Assembly: GCA_041586955.1 (NCBI GenBank)
Contig: JBFGZE010000081.1
Span: 1-15,116 of the forward strand
DNA from: Bacteriovoracaceae bacterium
GTDB lineage: Bacteria; Bdellovibrionota; Bacteriovoracia; Bacteriovoracales; Bacteriovoracaceae
Direction: 5' to 3'
DNA: 15,116 bases
Numbering within the stretch: position 1 is the first letter of the stretch; every line of letters starts with the position of its first letter. Below are positions 14,508 through 15,116 of the stretch, piece by piece. Under the pieces are notes generated by a model, which was given only the letters and a program-made list of their open reading frames with translations, searched no databases and had not been told where the DNA came from. Made by a program: the position numbers and the translations under genes.

Positions 14508-15116
14508 ATGGAAAGAATGTATTCGCCTTCAGAGGTTATTAATATCCTAAGAAGTGAATTTACCAAGAGATCACTTCAGACCTCTGAGACAGCTGGCGAC
14601 ATTCCAAAAGCAACGAGAATAAAGACCGGACAGGTTGAGCGTAGAAAATGGCCAATTAACGACATTCCATCAATTGGGGAACGTTTTGGTCAGTTCAAAA
14701 AGCCTTCTGAAGCCAAGGTTGTTACGTTTTTCACAGCCAAGGGCGGAACTCTCAAAACGACAACGTCATTCAACTTTGGCAGAACTCTTGCCCTTCATGG
14801 GGTATCTGTTTGCTTGGTCGGTTTAGATATTCAAGAATCGCTCACAATAATGGCCCTGCCCGAACAAGAGGTTGAGTCACTGTCTGACTTTAAGGAAAGG
14901 AAAGGTTTGGGCGATTACTTTTGCGACAAGCTAGAGTCAGTCAATGAGTGCCTGTGTGACACAGACTTACCAACCCTAAAAATACTTCCTGAAAACTACA
15001 GACTGACCGATCTAAACAATTGGCTTTCCTCTCAAACAAGACGGGAAGATGTTTTCAAAAATAAACTAATTCCCGAGCTGAAGGAAAAATTCGACGTTGT
15101 AATCTTTGACTGTTCA
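14508..15116 (+). CDS. parA: ParA-family partition ATPase, 5' part (continues through the junction to 534; 333 aa in total)
   Basis: AGGAG at 14496-14500, ATG at 14508. Translation MERMYSPSEVINILRSEF...KVVTFFTAKGGTLKTTTSFNFGRTLALHGVSVCLVGLDIQESL gives a deviant Walker A and A' after an N-terminal extension of about 70 aa. Missed by the ORF track because it runs off the end. Confidence 0.93.
   Translation, partial: MERMYSPSEVINILRSEFTKRSLQTSETAGDIPKATRIKTGQVERRKWPINDIPSIGERFGQFKKPSEAKVVTFFTAKGGTLKTTTSFNFGRTLALHGVSVCLVGLDIQESLTIMALPEQEVESLSDFKERKGLGDYFCDKLESVNECLCDTDLPTLKILPENYRLTDLNNWLSSQTRREDVFKNKLIPELKEKFDVVIFDCS
14976..15116 (+). repeat. Right copy of 141-bp terminal direct repeat (circular assembly overlap)
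   Basis: Identical to 1-141 and lies inside the parA coding sequence. Confidence 0.97.

Larger units (their letters stand above)
1..14975. mobile_element. Complete circular plasmid-like element carrying terS-terL (candidate phage satellite)
   Basis: Exact 141-bp end overlap; parA frame is continuous across the junction; parA plus rep-like gene, two tyrosine recombinases, terS and terL; no chromosomal housekeeping genes. Confidence 0.85.

Noticed and set aside
14635..14826. 63-aa plus-strand ORF
   Set aside because: Out-of-frame overlap with the parA Walker A region.
14976..15116. Biological direct terminal repeat of a linear phage genome
   Set aside because: It lies mid-gene and its length equals a common assembler k-mer, so an assembly overlap is more likely.
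1..15116. Host taxon assignment, tRNA/rRNA genes, IS elements
   Set aside because: No marker genes, RNA gene signatures or transposases were seen; the host cannot be determined without searches.

Overview
The window looks like one complete circular extrachromosomal element of 14,975 bp. Bases 14976-15116 repeat bases 1-141 exactly, and the parA reading frame runs through the junction. It has a plasmid-type maintenance module: an XRE/Cro-like HTH gene, a type Ia-like parA, and a coupled winged-helix Rep-like gene containing 11-bp-phased repeats and an AT-rich inverted repeat. An AT-rich cargo region encodes mostly exported or membrane proteins, plus a candidate type I toxin peptide. A minus-strand block reads Xer-like recombinase, terS, terL, a probable inactive terminase-nuclease paralog, a D5-type winged-helix-like ORF, and a Cre-like recombinase. 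No portal, capsid, protease, tail, lysis or conjugation genes were recognised. The leading hypothesis (inference) is a plasmid-like phage satellite that carries a complete terminase but borrows head and tail from a helper phage. Family assignments are by eye from motifs; no searches were run.
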